Source: Candidatus Gottesmanbacteria bacterium
GTDB taxonomy: Bacteria; Patescibacteriota; Microgenomatia; UBA10105; UBA927
Reading direction: 5' to 3'
Assembly (NCBI GenBank): GCA_963790805.1
Contig: CAWBPL010000002.1
Location: 696 to 64,695 of the forward strand
DNA length: 64,000 nt
Shown piece by piece: positions 38,990-48,434 of this stretch (its first letter is position 1; each line of letters starts with the position of its first letter). Both the position numbers and the translations under genes were made by a program. The notes beneath the pieces are model-generated. The model searched no databases. It saw nothing but the letters and a program-made list of their open reading frames with translations, and was not told where the DNA came from.

Positions 38990-39739
38990 TTATCTTAGCA
39001 ATTGCTTCTTAACGGAATCGACGTTCATCGCATGATTCGCCGCAATTGATTCTATGGATTCGCCCAGCTGAAATTCTTCAATCAATGTTCCTCTTGATAA
39101 TTCAAGAAATTCATTTTCTCTCTCCCGATCTAAATAAGCGTCTTCTGCTGTTGCCACCGCAAGTTTTACTTCTCTACAGTGTTCATCGGAGGGTAGATCT
39201 TTTTCCATTCGTTGCATACTTATATATTGCGTTGCTTTTGTAAAATCAAGATTTGCTAATGTTTTTCCCAATAATGAGTCTACCAATCCGACGTTTTGTG
39301 ATTCCCACGGCAGCCAACTTTTCCATACGACGCGTCTGATAATTTTGCTGCGGGCATCAATGTCTTCAAGTCTGTCTTGATCAGTCCTTTTAATTAATGG
39401 ATTATTGTAAACAAAATGATCTAATAAAATAATCTCGGCTGATTCTAGACACCCAATAATTGTGTCAACCTGAGCCACAACATCATCCGGCTGTTTCATA
39501 AATGACCGTAAATCTATCTTGGAATTTTCTGCCAATTTTGTTCTTGGGATAGAACCCGCATCGCCGAATATTCGCTGAATTCTATGAAGACTCGGAAGAA
39601 TAGTTTCCAGAACCCCCGCAGGCATTTCGTTAAAAACATCAGTTAATTCCTGCACCGCTTCTGAGGAATTACCAAAATTATCCGGTTGAAAATCACCAGA
39701 ATAAACAGTTGAAACAGCCCTTACCTCCATTAGAGTCAT
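38990..39739 (-). CDS. hypothetical protein with C-terminal sigma70-region-4/LuxR-like HTH
   Basis: The C-terminus is LSRGTLIEEFQLGESIESIAANHAMNVDSVKKQLL. The remainder is unrecognised. Confidence 0.55.
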   Translation of the reverse strand: MTLMEVRAVSTVYSGDFQPDNFGNSSEAVQELTDVFNEMPAGVLETILPSLHRIQRIFGDAGSIPRTKLAENSKIDLRSFMKQPDDVVAQVDTIIGCLESAEIILLDHFVYNNPLIKRTDQDRLEDIDARSKIIRRVVWKSWLPWESQNVGLVDSLLGKTLANLDFTKATQYISMQRMEKDLPSDEHCREVKLAVATAEDAYLDRERENEFLELSRGTLIEEFQLGESIESIAANHAMNVDSVKKQLLR

Positions 39740-39749
39740 AGAAGAGTAT

Positions 39750-39778
39750 ATTATACTATAGGATTAAATACACTTCAA
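39750..39778 (-). promoter_or_regulatory. promoter TTGAAG-N17-TATAAT, 10 nt from ATG 39739
   Basis: Read on the minus strand: TTGAAGtgtatttaatcctatagTATAATatactcttctATG. Confidence 0.6.
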
Positions 39779-39877
39779 GCTCCTCTTTTACCCGATTCGA
39801 GCCACGATCCGATGGTAAAACCAATAACAATGATTTCGCGGGAATAAGCGGCGATGATATAATGAATTTAGACCGGC

Positions 39878-40522
39878 ATGTTCAGTAATATTCCTTCTTT
39901 GGAAATAAAAAAAATCATGCAAAACAGGATCCGATATATTTTTTTTGATTTAGGCGGTGTCTTCTTTGAATGGAATACGTATTTCACAAATGCTGCTGAT
40001 ACGTTTCACATTGACCGGCTGCAAATGGCCAAAATATTCGACAACTATGATGAGCAAATAACCAGAGGATTCATGACCCCGCAGAAATTTTGGGAAAAAT
40101 GTCAAGAAGAATTGCATGTAAACAATGCAGGAAATTTTAATTTTTTAGCACGTTGGGTAGATGATTATATACCGATAATGAGCACTCATATCTTCGCAAA
40201 AGAATTAAACAGAAAATACAAACTGGGAATCATATCGAACACCTATAAGGGGATGTACCCGTTGTTGATCGAAAAAAATAAGGTTCCAAATATTTCATTT
40301 GACGTTAAAATCTTATCCTGCGACGCAGGTTTCCAAAAACCTGAAAGAGAAATATACAGACTGGCTCAAAGTAAAACTCCGGCTAATAATAATGAAATAT
40401 TATTCGTTGATGATTCGGACAATTATTTAAAACCGGCGAAAAAGATGGGGTGGCAAACGTTTTTATTTGATACGAACAATGTAGACAAGTCTATTACGGC
40501 TATCCAATCCATGCTCGGGTAA
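39878..40522 (+). CDS. HAD-superfamily hydrolase (subfamily IA-like)
   Basis: Motif I FFDLGGV, motif II ISNT, motif IV FVDDS. An alternative start is at 39917 (MQNRIRY). Confidence 0.8.
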   Translation: MFSNIPSLEIKKIMQNRIRYIFFDLGGVFFEWNTYFTNAADTFHIDRLQMAKIFDNYDEQITRGFMTPQKFWEKCQEELHVNNAGNFNFLARWVDDYIPIMSTHIFAKELNRKYKLGIISNTYKGMYPLLIEKNKVPNISFDVKILSCDAGFQKPEREIYRLAQSKTPANNNEILFVDDSDNYLKPAKKMGWQTFLFDTNNVDKSITAIQSMLG

Positions 40523-40525
40523 ACT

Positions 40526-41230
40526 CTATTTGAATTTAGCCTTCAGTTTTTCCAGTTGTTCCTTCCGAAGAACCAGTCGTTCATCACGTAGAATAATATC
40601 TTCCGCATTCTTGAGGTGCTCTCTTGCGAGTGACGGATTGTCCGCAATAAGCATCTCGGCAATCCGAAGATGTGCGCCTGAGAGCCATACGTTTTTGTTA
40701 TATGTCGATGCTTCATCCGCTTTTTGTAAATCATCCAGTGCTCCCAGTGCGCGGTCGAGCGCTGTTTTATCGCCGGCATGATATTCTGCAGCATACTGGT
40801 GACCTTTGATGTCTTCGATCACGGAAGGCCTAGCGTGCCTCGCCGAAGGATATGTAGTTAAGTTTTCAACAGCTTTCTTAAACCAACCGACAGCTTCTTT
40901 GAATTCTTCAGCCTCAAAATAATATTTGCCGACATTGTGATACGGTATGCCGAGAGCTTCTTTGATGCCGCTTTGTTCGGCAATCTCAACTGCAGACAGA
41001 GCCGCATATTTTTCCAACGTGAGGTAAACAGCATCTCCCGTTTGCCGGTAGAGGTGTTTAAATGTGCTTTGCCGTGAGGACTGCACTTCGGAAAGCCCTA
41101 AAAGATCGTTATCGCACTGATAGATGATGGTTGCCTGATCGGTATACTCAAGAGCGCGAGCAAAATCCCCGCTTTCGCGCGCCTCCTCCGCCAATGCATG
41201 TATCCGTCTTCCTTCCTGTGAGTCTGTCAT
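40526..41230 (-). CDS. TPR-like helical repeat protein
   Basis: Recurrent A..Y...A/G..Y helical-hairpin pattern, 234 aa. Confidence 0.55.
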   Translation of the reverse strand: MTDSQEGRRIHALAEEARESGDFARALEYTDQATIIYQCDNDLLGLSEVQSSRQSTFKHLYRQTGDAVYLTLEKYAALSAVEIAEQSGIKEALGIPYHNVGKYYFEAEEFKEAVGWFKKAVENLTTYPSARHARPSVIEDIKGHQYAAEYHAGDKTALDRALGALDDLQKADEASTYNKNVWLSGAHLRIAEMLIADNPSLAREHLKNAEDIILRDERLVLRKEQLEKLKAKFK

Positions 41231-41319
41231 AGGAGTACCGAATTATTGACAATAAATTATATCATGCGCCGAAACGCTTCAGTTGGAAAAAAGTATTTCA
41301 TGCTATAATTTATTTCTCA

Positions 41320-42087
41320 ATGAAACTGAAAATTTGGCTGAAAGAAAGCGTTTTGCGGAAAGTTCCGGAAGTTACAGTCTACTTTTGGATCATCAAGTTG
41401 CTGACGACCGCGATGGGTGAAGTCACATCTGACTACCTCGTTCACCGGTTCGATCCCGTTATTGCGGTGGCGCTCGGTGGCATCGGTTTTATAATCGCGC
41501 TTGTCTTACAACTCTGGGTGCGTAAATATGTCGCGTGGATTTATTGGCTCGCTGTTGTCATGGTTGCTATTTTTGGCACGATGGCAGCAGACGTACTCCA
41601 TATAGGGCTCGGTATTCCGTATCTTTATTCAACGATATTTTTTGCCGCCTTATTGACGGTTATCTTCATATTATGGCAAAAGCTGGAAAAAACTCTGTCT
41701 ATCCATAGCATCAACACTCACCGGCGCGAACTGTTTTACTGGTCGACGGTCATGGCGACATTTGCACTTGGCACCGCCGCCGGCGACATGACGGCGATAA
41801 CGCTCAACTTAGGATACCTTTCCTCCGGCATCATGTTCGCTGTCATAATAGCCATACCGGCTATCGCATACTGGAAGTTCGGCGTGAACGAGGTTTTCGC
41901 CTTCTGGTTTGCCTACATCATAACGCGGCCGCTGGGGGCGTCACTTGCCGACTGGGTCGGAAAACCGCAAAGCCTGAGCGGACTTGGAATCGGAACGGGG
42001 TTGGTGAGTTTGGTTTTGACCGCCTTAATCGCCGGCTTCGTCGGATTTTTGACTATCACACACAAAGATATTAAATCACGGGGCTAA
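41320..42087 (+). CDS. conserved multi-pass membrane protein (COG4705-like)
   Basis: 7-8 TM with VPEVTVYFWIIKLLTTAMGEVTSDYL N-terminal region. Confidence 0.5.
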   Translation: MKLKIWLKESVLRKVPEVTVYFWIIKLLTTAMGEVTSDYLVHRFDPVIAVALGGIGFIIALVLQLWVRKYVAWIYWLAVVMVAIFGTMAADVLHIGLGIPYLYSTIFFAALLTVIFILWQKLEKTLSIHSINTHRRELFYWSTVMATFALGTAAGDMTAITLNLGYLSSGIMFAVIIAIPAIAYWKFGVNEVFAFWFAYIITRPLGASLADWVGKPQSLSGLGIGTGLVSLVLTALIAGFVGFLTITHKDIKSRG

Positions 42088-42095
42088 CGACTATC

Positions 42096-42452
42096 TTACT
42101 TTTTACCCGTAATTCTTTTGATACGATGGGTGATGATTTCCTCAAGGAGAGCTTCGGGAAACGGACTGTCAAACTGCACGCGGATGGCTCCTTTGGAAAA
42201 TCCGTAGTGAAGTTTCGTTAGTTTGTCCTTAAACACCGTTATTTCTTCACCACCGTACGGGTAAATACCGATGTGGTTGGTATGGATATTGAACCCCAAA
42301 AATGATTGCCCTTTGTGCTGCAATGTCGGCATGCCGTAGGAAATGACTTCGGCGGCATCGGGCACAACGCGTTTTGCAATCCTCCTAATCCTTTCCAGCT
42401 CCCGCCGTTTGGTGGGTTCTATTTTTTGAAGATAGTCGTCAATAACCGTCAT
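42096..42452 (-). CDS. DUF1801 (YdhG-like) domain protein
   Basis: IDDYL..P..RR.LE.IR..I....P.A.E.ISYGMP pattern. Start taken at MTVIDDY. Confidence 0.7.
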   Translation of the reverse strand: MTVIDDYLQKIEPTKRRELERIRRIAKRVVPDAAEVISYGMPTLQHKGQSFLGFNIHTNHIGIYPYGGEEITVFKDKLTKLHYGFSKGAIRVQFDSPFPEALLEEIITHRIKRITGKK

Positions 42453-42496
42453 GTATAAAGTATAGCAAATCGGGTTCACCGGACCGAAACCACACT

Positions 42497-42697
42497 CTAC
42501 ATGTGAAACATGCCTAAAACCTTATAGATAAGCAGGGCCGGCCAGACAGCGGCGCGAAGCACCCCTAAAACCCCTCCCCAGAACGTCGCTGCGTGCTGAA
42601 TATAATAGACGGCAGCACCCACAAATCCCAATCCGTACATTGCTCCCCCACCGGTAGTAACGCGGTGATGATGACATTCACATTTTTCATCTTTCAT
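42497..42697 (-). CDS. small membrane protein with N-terminal CxCHHH metal-type motif
   Basis: MKDEKCECHHHR followed by two TM helices. Divergent from arsR. Confidence 0.5.
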   Translation of the reverse strand: MKDEKCECHHHRVTTGGGAMYGLGFVGAAVYYIQHAATFWGGVLGVLRAAVWPALLIYKVLGMFHM

Positions 42698-42790
42698 ACA
42701 TTCACTCCTTCCCTCTCATTTTCTCACAACAATACTAGTCATTCTGTAACCCAAAATACAGGAGTCTGTATTACCAAACGAAATCCACTC

Positions 42791-42820
42791 TTGACAATAT
42801 ATTAGCAAGTGCTAATATAT
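42791..42820 (+). promoter_or_regulatory. arsR promoter (TTGACA-N16-TAATAT) overlapped by an 11-2-11 perfect inverted repeat operator
   Basis: ATATATTAGCA-ag-TGCTAATATAT at 42797-42820. The -10 box ends 6 nt before ATG 42825. Confidence 0.65.
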
Positions 42821-42824
42821 ATCT

Positions 42825-43091
42825 ATGAAACATAATGTGTATTCCGTGTTCGGCAGTGAGGTACGGGCAAAACTTATTCTCTGTCTTGCCCAAAAATCCA
42901 AAAATGTCACAGAAATGATACGTACATGCGGGTTATCCCAATCCGCAGTCTCCCAGCACCTGTGTAAATTAAAACAATCCGGCATTGTAGAAACCAAAAA
43001 AGACGGGAAAGAAGTCTGGTACTCGTTAAAGTATAAAAAAGCGGCTGACGTCAGCCGTCTCTTAGTGTCGTTAGAACAAGGGGTTCTATGA
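42825..43091 (+). CDS. ArsR/SmtB-family transcriptional repressor
   Basis: 88 aa winged HTH with NVTEMIRTCGLSQSAVSQHLCKLKQSGIV. Confidence 0.85.
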   Translation: MKHNVYSVFGSEVRAKLILCLAQKSKNVTEMIRTCGLSQSAVSQHLCKLKQSGIVETKKDGKEVWYSLKYKKAADVSRLLVSLEQGVL

Positions 43092-43297
43092 AATTACCAA
43101 AAAATGAAAGCAATGCGGATAGAATAATCCGTGTCATCGTAGGCATCGTGGCGCTTGTTGCCGGACTGTTCTTTCTAACCGGAACATGGCAGGTCGTCAC
43201 CTATGTCATCGGCGCAATCGCCATTCTTACCGGTGCTATTGGTTTTTGCGCAATCTATGCTATCTTGGGCATATCAACCAAACCAATAAAAAAATAG
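43088..43297 (+). CDS. DUF2892 (YgaP C-terminal-like) membrane protein
   Basis: N.ADRIIRVIVG..L followed by two TM and GFCAIY. Confidence 0.7.
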   Translation: MKLPKNESNADRIIRVIVGIVALVAGLFFLTGTWQVVTYVIGAIAILTGAIGFCAIYAILGISTKPIKK

Positions 43298-43315
43298 CAC
43301 AACGGAAGGAACTAT

Positions 43316-43660
43316 ATGATGTTCGGATTCAATGAGCCAAAGGTGCCGACTGTCGAACCGGAAATAGTAAAACAGGCCATGGATGCCCATGAAAAGTACA
43401 TCCTTCTTGACGTCCGCACGCCCGAAGAATTCGGACGGGGAAAATTGGCCGGAAGCATCAATGTACCGGTTGATGAAGTGAACGGAAAAATTAAATCCAT
43501 CATTGCCGATACCTCAGAGAAAATATATGTGTATTGTCTAAGCGGCGCCCGAAGTTCTGTGGCAGTCGAAACCATGATGAAACTCGGATATACGAACGTA
43601 TTTAATATGTCCCACGGGCTTCTTGCGTGGCGGGCAAAATACTTTCCCGTTGCACCGTAA
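43316..43660 (+). CDS. single-domain rhodanese sulfurtransferase
   Basis: LLDVRTPEEF and active-site loop YCLSGARS. Confidence 0.85.
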   Translation: MMFGFNEPKVPTVEPEIVKQAMDAHEKYILLDVRTPEEFGRGKLAGSINVPVDEVNGKIKSIIADTSEKIYVYCLSGARSSVAVETMMKLGYTNVFNMSHGLLAWRAKYFPVAP

Positions 43661-43767
43661 GCTCAATGGTCGTCATCGTTTATACTGCCAGTCACGCTCA
43701 CGGGCAGCATATCATATTCGGTGTGTGCAATATTTACTGCAGTATTTTCACGCAGTAAAGTAGCACT

Positions 43768-44004
43768 ATGTTGACGAAAGCAGATATTGATTGGCTTAAA
43801 TCGGAGTTCGTACCTGCGGTTAGCAACGCTGTGCAAAAAGGGTTAGCGAAAAAACTTGATAGCATCAGCACAAAACTCGATAAATTCACCGGCGACATCC
43901 AAGCAAAACGGGAAGAACAAACCCTCCACCAAGGAAAACACGAAGATCTTGAGGAGAGGGTAACTACAATCGAGAAACACCTTCATCTACCGGTCACTCC
44001 CTAA
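43768..44004 (+). CDS. hypothetical coiled-coil protein (78 aa)
   Basis: ORF only. Confidence 0.4.
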   Translation: MLTKADIDWLKSEFVPAVSNAVQKGLAKKLDSISTKLDKFTGDIQAKREEQTLHQGKHEDLEERVTTIEKHLHLPVTP

Positions 44005-44156
44005 AATCTGCTCTAGTAAGCGTCTTCTGGTCCGTTTTTCCCACAACCTCCAGCATTTTAGAATCTTTTTTGGTGATAGATAATTTCCTTTGCATAGCTC
44101 AAATTGGAACATGAAATAAAGCACAATAAGCCAAAAAAGCGTATGATTCAATCATC

Positions 44157-44537
44157 ATGGCAGAGTATGTGGCCGGAGTTTGCAATATTGGACCCTCTGA
44201 GATTGCCCGAAGAAAGATAGCCGGATGGGTTGGAGTAGCCGCAAGCGCCGTATTTCTTCTGCTTTTTATTCTGTTTCATACTGCACCAATATTCCGCCTG
44301 TTTATTTTTCTTCCGGCATCCCTTGCCGCATCCGGATTTTTACAAGCCTACTTCCATTTCTGTGCCGGTTTCGGATTTAAGGGAGTCTACAACCTCATGA
44401 AACGAGCCGGCCAAACCGAAACAGTAGAACAAGAAGCGTTCAGGAAGAAAGACCGCCAAAAAGCGCAACAAATTATGCTTTTTTCAGTACTCATTGGCCT
44501 CGCCATCGCCATCCTCATCTACTTTCTTCCGCTTTGA
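44157..44537 (+). CDS. membrane protein, hypothetical (3 TM)
   Basis: CNIGPSEIARRK N-terminus followed by hydrophobic helices. Confidence 0.5.
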   Translation: MAEYVAGVCNIGPSEIARRKIAGWVGVAASAVFLLLFILFHTAPIFRLFIFLPASLAASGFLQAYFHFCAGFGFKGVYNLMKRAGQTETVEQEAFRKKDRQKAQQIMLFSVLIGLAIAILIYFLPL

Positions 44538-44605
44538 AAAATTGAGTAGTATACATCACCCCGTGCGCCTCACACGACGAAAGAAGCATTGATTTTGGGT
44601 GTATA

Positions 44606-45106
44606 ATGGCTCCGAAGAGCTTTAAGAAAAATAATAGTATGAAAGATAATGTTGATAACATACGAGATCAATTTGTGGAATTTCAATTACTAATTCGAGT
44701 AATTGTTTTCTTATTAATGGTAATTGGATTCCTTCAATCTGCATTCTTATTGTTATTGTTAGCTTCAATAATTTCAGGATCTAACTACGGATTCAATAAT
44801 GACAGCTTCTGGGAATCGCCATATTTTCCAATTTTGGGGAATAGGAAAGTAAGCCATCCAAATAATCAGAAGTACAATAAAATTTTGTATGTGTCACATC
44901 AGGTGTGGGTGCATATACTTTGCGCAATTGTCGGAGCAATTGCATTATATCTACTTTCACTTAGATTTAATTCTTATATTTATTGGAATTATCATCTAAG
45001 TTGGATCGATTTAGTTTTATTAATTGTGGCATTACTTGGTTATACGGGTCTTTTACCTAGAACATTATGGTTCTTCGCCAGTCGTGGTGATATTAAAAAA
45101 TTATAA
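44606..45106 (+). CDS. AT-rich orphan membrane protein (4 TM)
   Basis: ORF in a sharply AT-rich ~0.5 kb patch. Confidence 0.45.
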   Translation: MAPKSFKKNNSMKDNVDNIRDQFVEFQLLIRVIVFLLMVIGFLQSAFLLLLLASIISGSNYGFNNDSFWESPYFPILGNRKVSHPNNQKYNKILYVSHQVWVHILCAIVGAIALYLLSLRFNSYIYWNYHLSWIDLVLLIVALLGYTGLLPRTLWFFASRGDIKKL

Positions 45107-45204
45107 TGTTTCCCCTGTCGGTGACGTGGCATTTGAATTGGGAGTTGCATAGGTCTTAAGCCAATCCTCAGTTTTGATTTATACGATAGACATCTGAAAA
45201 GGGG

Positions 45205-45771
45205 GTGATTTATATCGTAACAAAAACACAAATACTTTCAGCGGCCGCATCGATCCTTTTGGTAGGATCAGTCGTCGCTGTTCCTATGCCGGCGTATGCC
45301 GCAGGGAACGGCTGGTTTGGTGGTAACTTTTTTACCAATTTTGTCAACTTTTTCGCACAAAAGTTCGGCCTCGACAAAACGCAGGTCCAAAATGCCATGA
45401 CTGATTTCCATAATCAGCAAACGGCAAATACCACACCGCGTCCGACGCCGACCCAACAGCAGATGGATGCTCAGGAAAAAAAGAGACTTGATCCGCTCGT
45501 GACTTCGGGCAAAATAACGGCAGATCAGGAAACGGCAATCATTGCCGAGCTTGACGCATTGCACGCGAAATATCCGTTTACGCAGGGAGAAACGCAGGCA
45601 CAACGGCAAACGAACATGCAGAACATGCAAAATGACTGGAAAGCATGGGCTACTGCCAACAATATCGATCCGACCATCATAAGTCCCGGAGGAATGGGCA
45701 TGGGAGGAGGCAGAGGGTTTGGAAGAGGTCATCGGGGCAACAGTACACCAACTCCGACACCGACTCCGTAA
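45205..45771 (+). CDS. secreted Gln-rich hypothetical protein ending in a PT tract
   Basis: Signal peptide ..VAVPMPAYA and C-terminal [22 protein letters not shown]. The GTG start is uncertain. Confidence 0.55.
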   Translation: MIYIVTKTQILSAAASILLVGSVVAVPMPAYAAGNGWFGGNFFTNFVNFFAQKFGLDKTQVQNAMTDFHNQQTANTTPRPTPTQQQMDAQEKKRLDPLVTSGKITADQETAIIAELDALHAKYPFTQGETQAQRQTNMQNMQNDWKAWATANNIDPTIISPGGMGMGGGRGFGRGHRGNSTPTPTPTP

Positions 45772-45786
45772 TGAGAAAAGTGGTAG

Positions 45787-45821
45787 TTCAAAGCATCCCC
45801 AAACCTTGGGGGTGCTTTGAA
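45787..45821 (+). terminator. 16-bp GC-rich hairpin (3-nt loop) downstream of 45205-45771
   Basis: TTCAAAGCATCCCCAA-acc-TTGGGGGTGCTTTGAA with one G-U pair. No clear U tract follows. Confidence 0.4.
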
Positions 45822-45899
45822 ACGTACCCTTCCGCGGAATCTGTTATTGAGAGACATAGTTGATTATGAGTATAATGGCTCTGAAAAAGAGGTATACAC

Positions 45900-46454
45900 A
45901 TGAAATTATTGTATGGTGTAAGTTGCCTTGCGTGGATTCTTCTTGAAATCTGGATTTTCTATCGGGAACGCGGAAAAGTCCATAAAAATACGGACAATAA
46001 TACACGGTGGATCAACGTATTGGCGGTACTTCTTGCCATAGTTCTCGGCAATATGTTTGCAAACGTTCCCTACTACGCAATGCGAGGCGCAAATACACGA
46101 TTTTTCATCGGAACAATCGTCATCTGGCTCGGGTGGATCCTGCGCCTTTGGTCGGTTGCTACACTGGGAAAATTCTTCAGAACCACCGTCATGATCCAAA
46201 AAAAACACGTAGTTATTGAATCCGGCCCGTATCAAATCCTTCGCCATCCGTCCTATGCCGGAATGCTACTCATGCTTACCGGAGTTGGTATCGGCATGGG
46301 AAACTGGATCGGACTCGCGCTCATGGAATTCGTCGTGTTGATTGCATTTGTCAAAAGAATCGCGCTTGAAGAAAAGACGCTTGTTCAGTCCTTGGGCCGG
46401 AATTATCGGGATTACATGAAGCGCACGAAAAAGTTAATTCCGTTTATATATTAA
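45900..46454 (+). CDS. isoprenylcysteine carboxyl methyltransferase (ICMT/PEMT) family membrane protein
   Basis: GPYQILRHPSYAGMLL motif, 4-5 TM, SD AAGAGG upstream. Confidence 0.8.
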   Translation: MKLLYGVSCLAWILLEIWIFYRERGKVHKNTDNNTRWINVLAVLLAIVLGNMFANVPYYAMRGANTRFFIGTIVIWLGWILRLWSVATLGKFFRTTVMIQKKHVVIESGPYQILRHPSYAGMLLMLTGVGIGMGNWIGLALMEFVVLIAFVKRIALEEKTLVQSLGRNYRDYMKRTKKLIPFIY

Positions 46455-46456
46455 TG

Positions 46457-48434
46457 TTATCCTGTCTCCCCGTCGGTAACGTGGCCCCTGAACTGACTGT
46501 TGTAAAGGTCGGCGTAAAATCCTTTTGCGGCAAGAAGTGATTTGTGTGTCCCCTTCTCGATAATCGTCCCGTGATTCATGACAAGGATAAGGTCCGCGTC
46601 ACGGATGGTTGAAAGTCTGTGGGCAATGACGAAACTCGTCCGGCCTTTCATAAGCTTCTCCATAGCCTCCTGAATAAGTAATTCAGTTCTGGTATCGACG
46701 CTCGAGGTAGCTTCATCAAGAATGAGAATCTCGGGATCAGCCAGAAGCGCGCGGGCGATGGTGAGAAGCTGCTTCTGCCCCTGCGAGATATTTGTAGCAT
46801 CCTCGTTAAGCACCATTTTGTAGCCCTCCGGTAAGTGTCCTGATAAAATGATCGGCATAGGCCTCTTTTGAAGCCTCAACAATTTGTTCCTCCGTCGCAT
46901 CTTCGCGGCCATAGGCAATGTTATCACGAAGCGTTCCGTGGAAAAGCCACGTGTCCTGCAGTACCATACCGAACATTTTCCGCAGGTCAGCGCGTTTGAG
47001 TTTAGTGATATCAACACCGTCAACCAGAATCTGCCCGCCGTTGACTTCGTAAAACCGCATAAGGAGGTTGACCAGAGTCGTCTTCCCTGCTCCGGTGGGG
47101 CCCACAATCGCAATCATGTGGCCGGGGTCCACTTTGAAATTCATATCTTCCATGAGGATTTTGTCAGAGCTGTAGCCAAAATGGACATGCCGGAATTCGA
47201 CGGCCCCTTTGGGTTCTTTGATAACGACGGGATTTTTTACCTCTTTGACCTGCTCCTCTTCATCCAGAAGTTCAAAAACACGCTCGGCAGAAGCGATTGC
47301 CGACTGGATGACGTTTGCGATGTTGGCAAGCATGGTGATCGGCTGGGAAAACTGTGCGGAATACTGGATGAATGCCTGCACATCGCCGATGGAGATACTC
47401 CCCTGCGTCGCCATAACGCCTCCGACGACTGCAACGAGCACATACGCGATGTTGCCGACAAAGCGCATAAGCGGCATGATGATACCCGAGACAAACTGCG
47501 CCTGCCAACCTGCTTCATACAGATTATTGTTGAGCTCGTCAAACTGGGTAATGGCTTTATGTTCATGTCCGAATGCTTTGACGATTTTGTGGCCCGAATA
47601 CATTTCTTCCACGTGACCATTAAGCTCCCCCAGCGACCGTTGCTGTTTGCGGAAGAAATCCTGCGAACGCTTCGCAATACCCGTGACGACAAATACGCTT
47701 AAAGGAAGCGTCAAAAGCACGATGATCGTTAACAGCCAGCTTATCGAAAGCATCATGACGAGAACGCCGACAAGCTGGACTACTGAGGTAATAAGCTGCG
47801 TCACGCTCTGCTGCAGGGTCGAGCCGATGTTATCCATATCGTTGACCGCACGCGAAAGAATTTCGCCGTGCGTCCTGCCGTCGAAGTACTTGAGGGGCAG
47901 CCGCGAGAGCTTTTCATCCACTTCTTTCCGCAATTTATAAATCGTCCGTTGGGCCACGCCCGCCATCAGGTATTGCTGAATGAAGATGAATATCGAGCTT
48001 GCAACATACAATCCGATGAGGATGAGCATGATCCTTCCGATATACCCAAATTCGATGCCGGGAACCGGAGAGAGTTGCAAAGGAAGAGTCGGATTAGCAA
48101 GAAGTTCCTTCTGGACGATATTGTTTTTCACCTGTACGATGAAACTCGCAATGAGGTCATCGAAAAGTTTCGTCGTCGCAAGCCCCAAGATTTTGGGACC
48201 TACGATAGTAAATACCATTCCGAGGATTGCCGAAAGAACGACGATAGAAAGAAGAATTCGTTCCGGCAGGAAATACCGCAGGAGCCGCCCGAGCGTGCCT
48301 TTAAAATCCTTTGCCTTCTCAACCGGCCGGCCCATGGCGCCCCAGCCCCCTCTGTTCATGGGGTTTGCATGCACTTCGTCTCGCGGTTTACTTTTGAGTT
48401 TATCTGCTTCTTCACTCATGTGATTCTTCCTCAA
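46457..48434 (-). pseudogene. ABC exporter half-transporter (TMD-NBD), frameshifted before the signature motif
   Basis: ORF 46806-48434 (TMD, Walker [10 protein letters not shown]) ends ..[16 protein letters not shown]. The frame of 46457-47113 continues [36 protein letters not shown]. One extra base near 46838 (agg aca c tta ccg). Confidence 0.8.

Noticed and set aside
45108-45132. An ~18-nt similarity between 45108-45132 and 46462-46486 (ccc.gtcggtRacgtggc).
   Set aside because: With one indel and mismatches, a match of this length is expected by chance several times in 64 kb considering both strands. One copy lies inside the ABC gene's coding sequence.
46806-47113. Apparent 300-nt overlap of two minus-strand ORFs in the ABC gene.
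   Set aside because: The N-terminal ~90 residues of ORF 46457-47113 are an out-of-frame reading of the NBD. Only the part after LPEGY is homologous. I interpret this as one frameshifted gene rather than overlapping genes.
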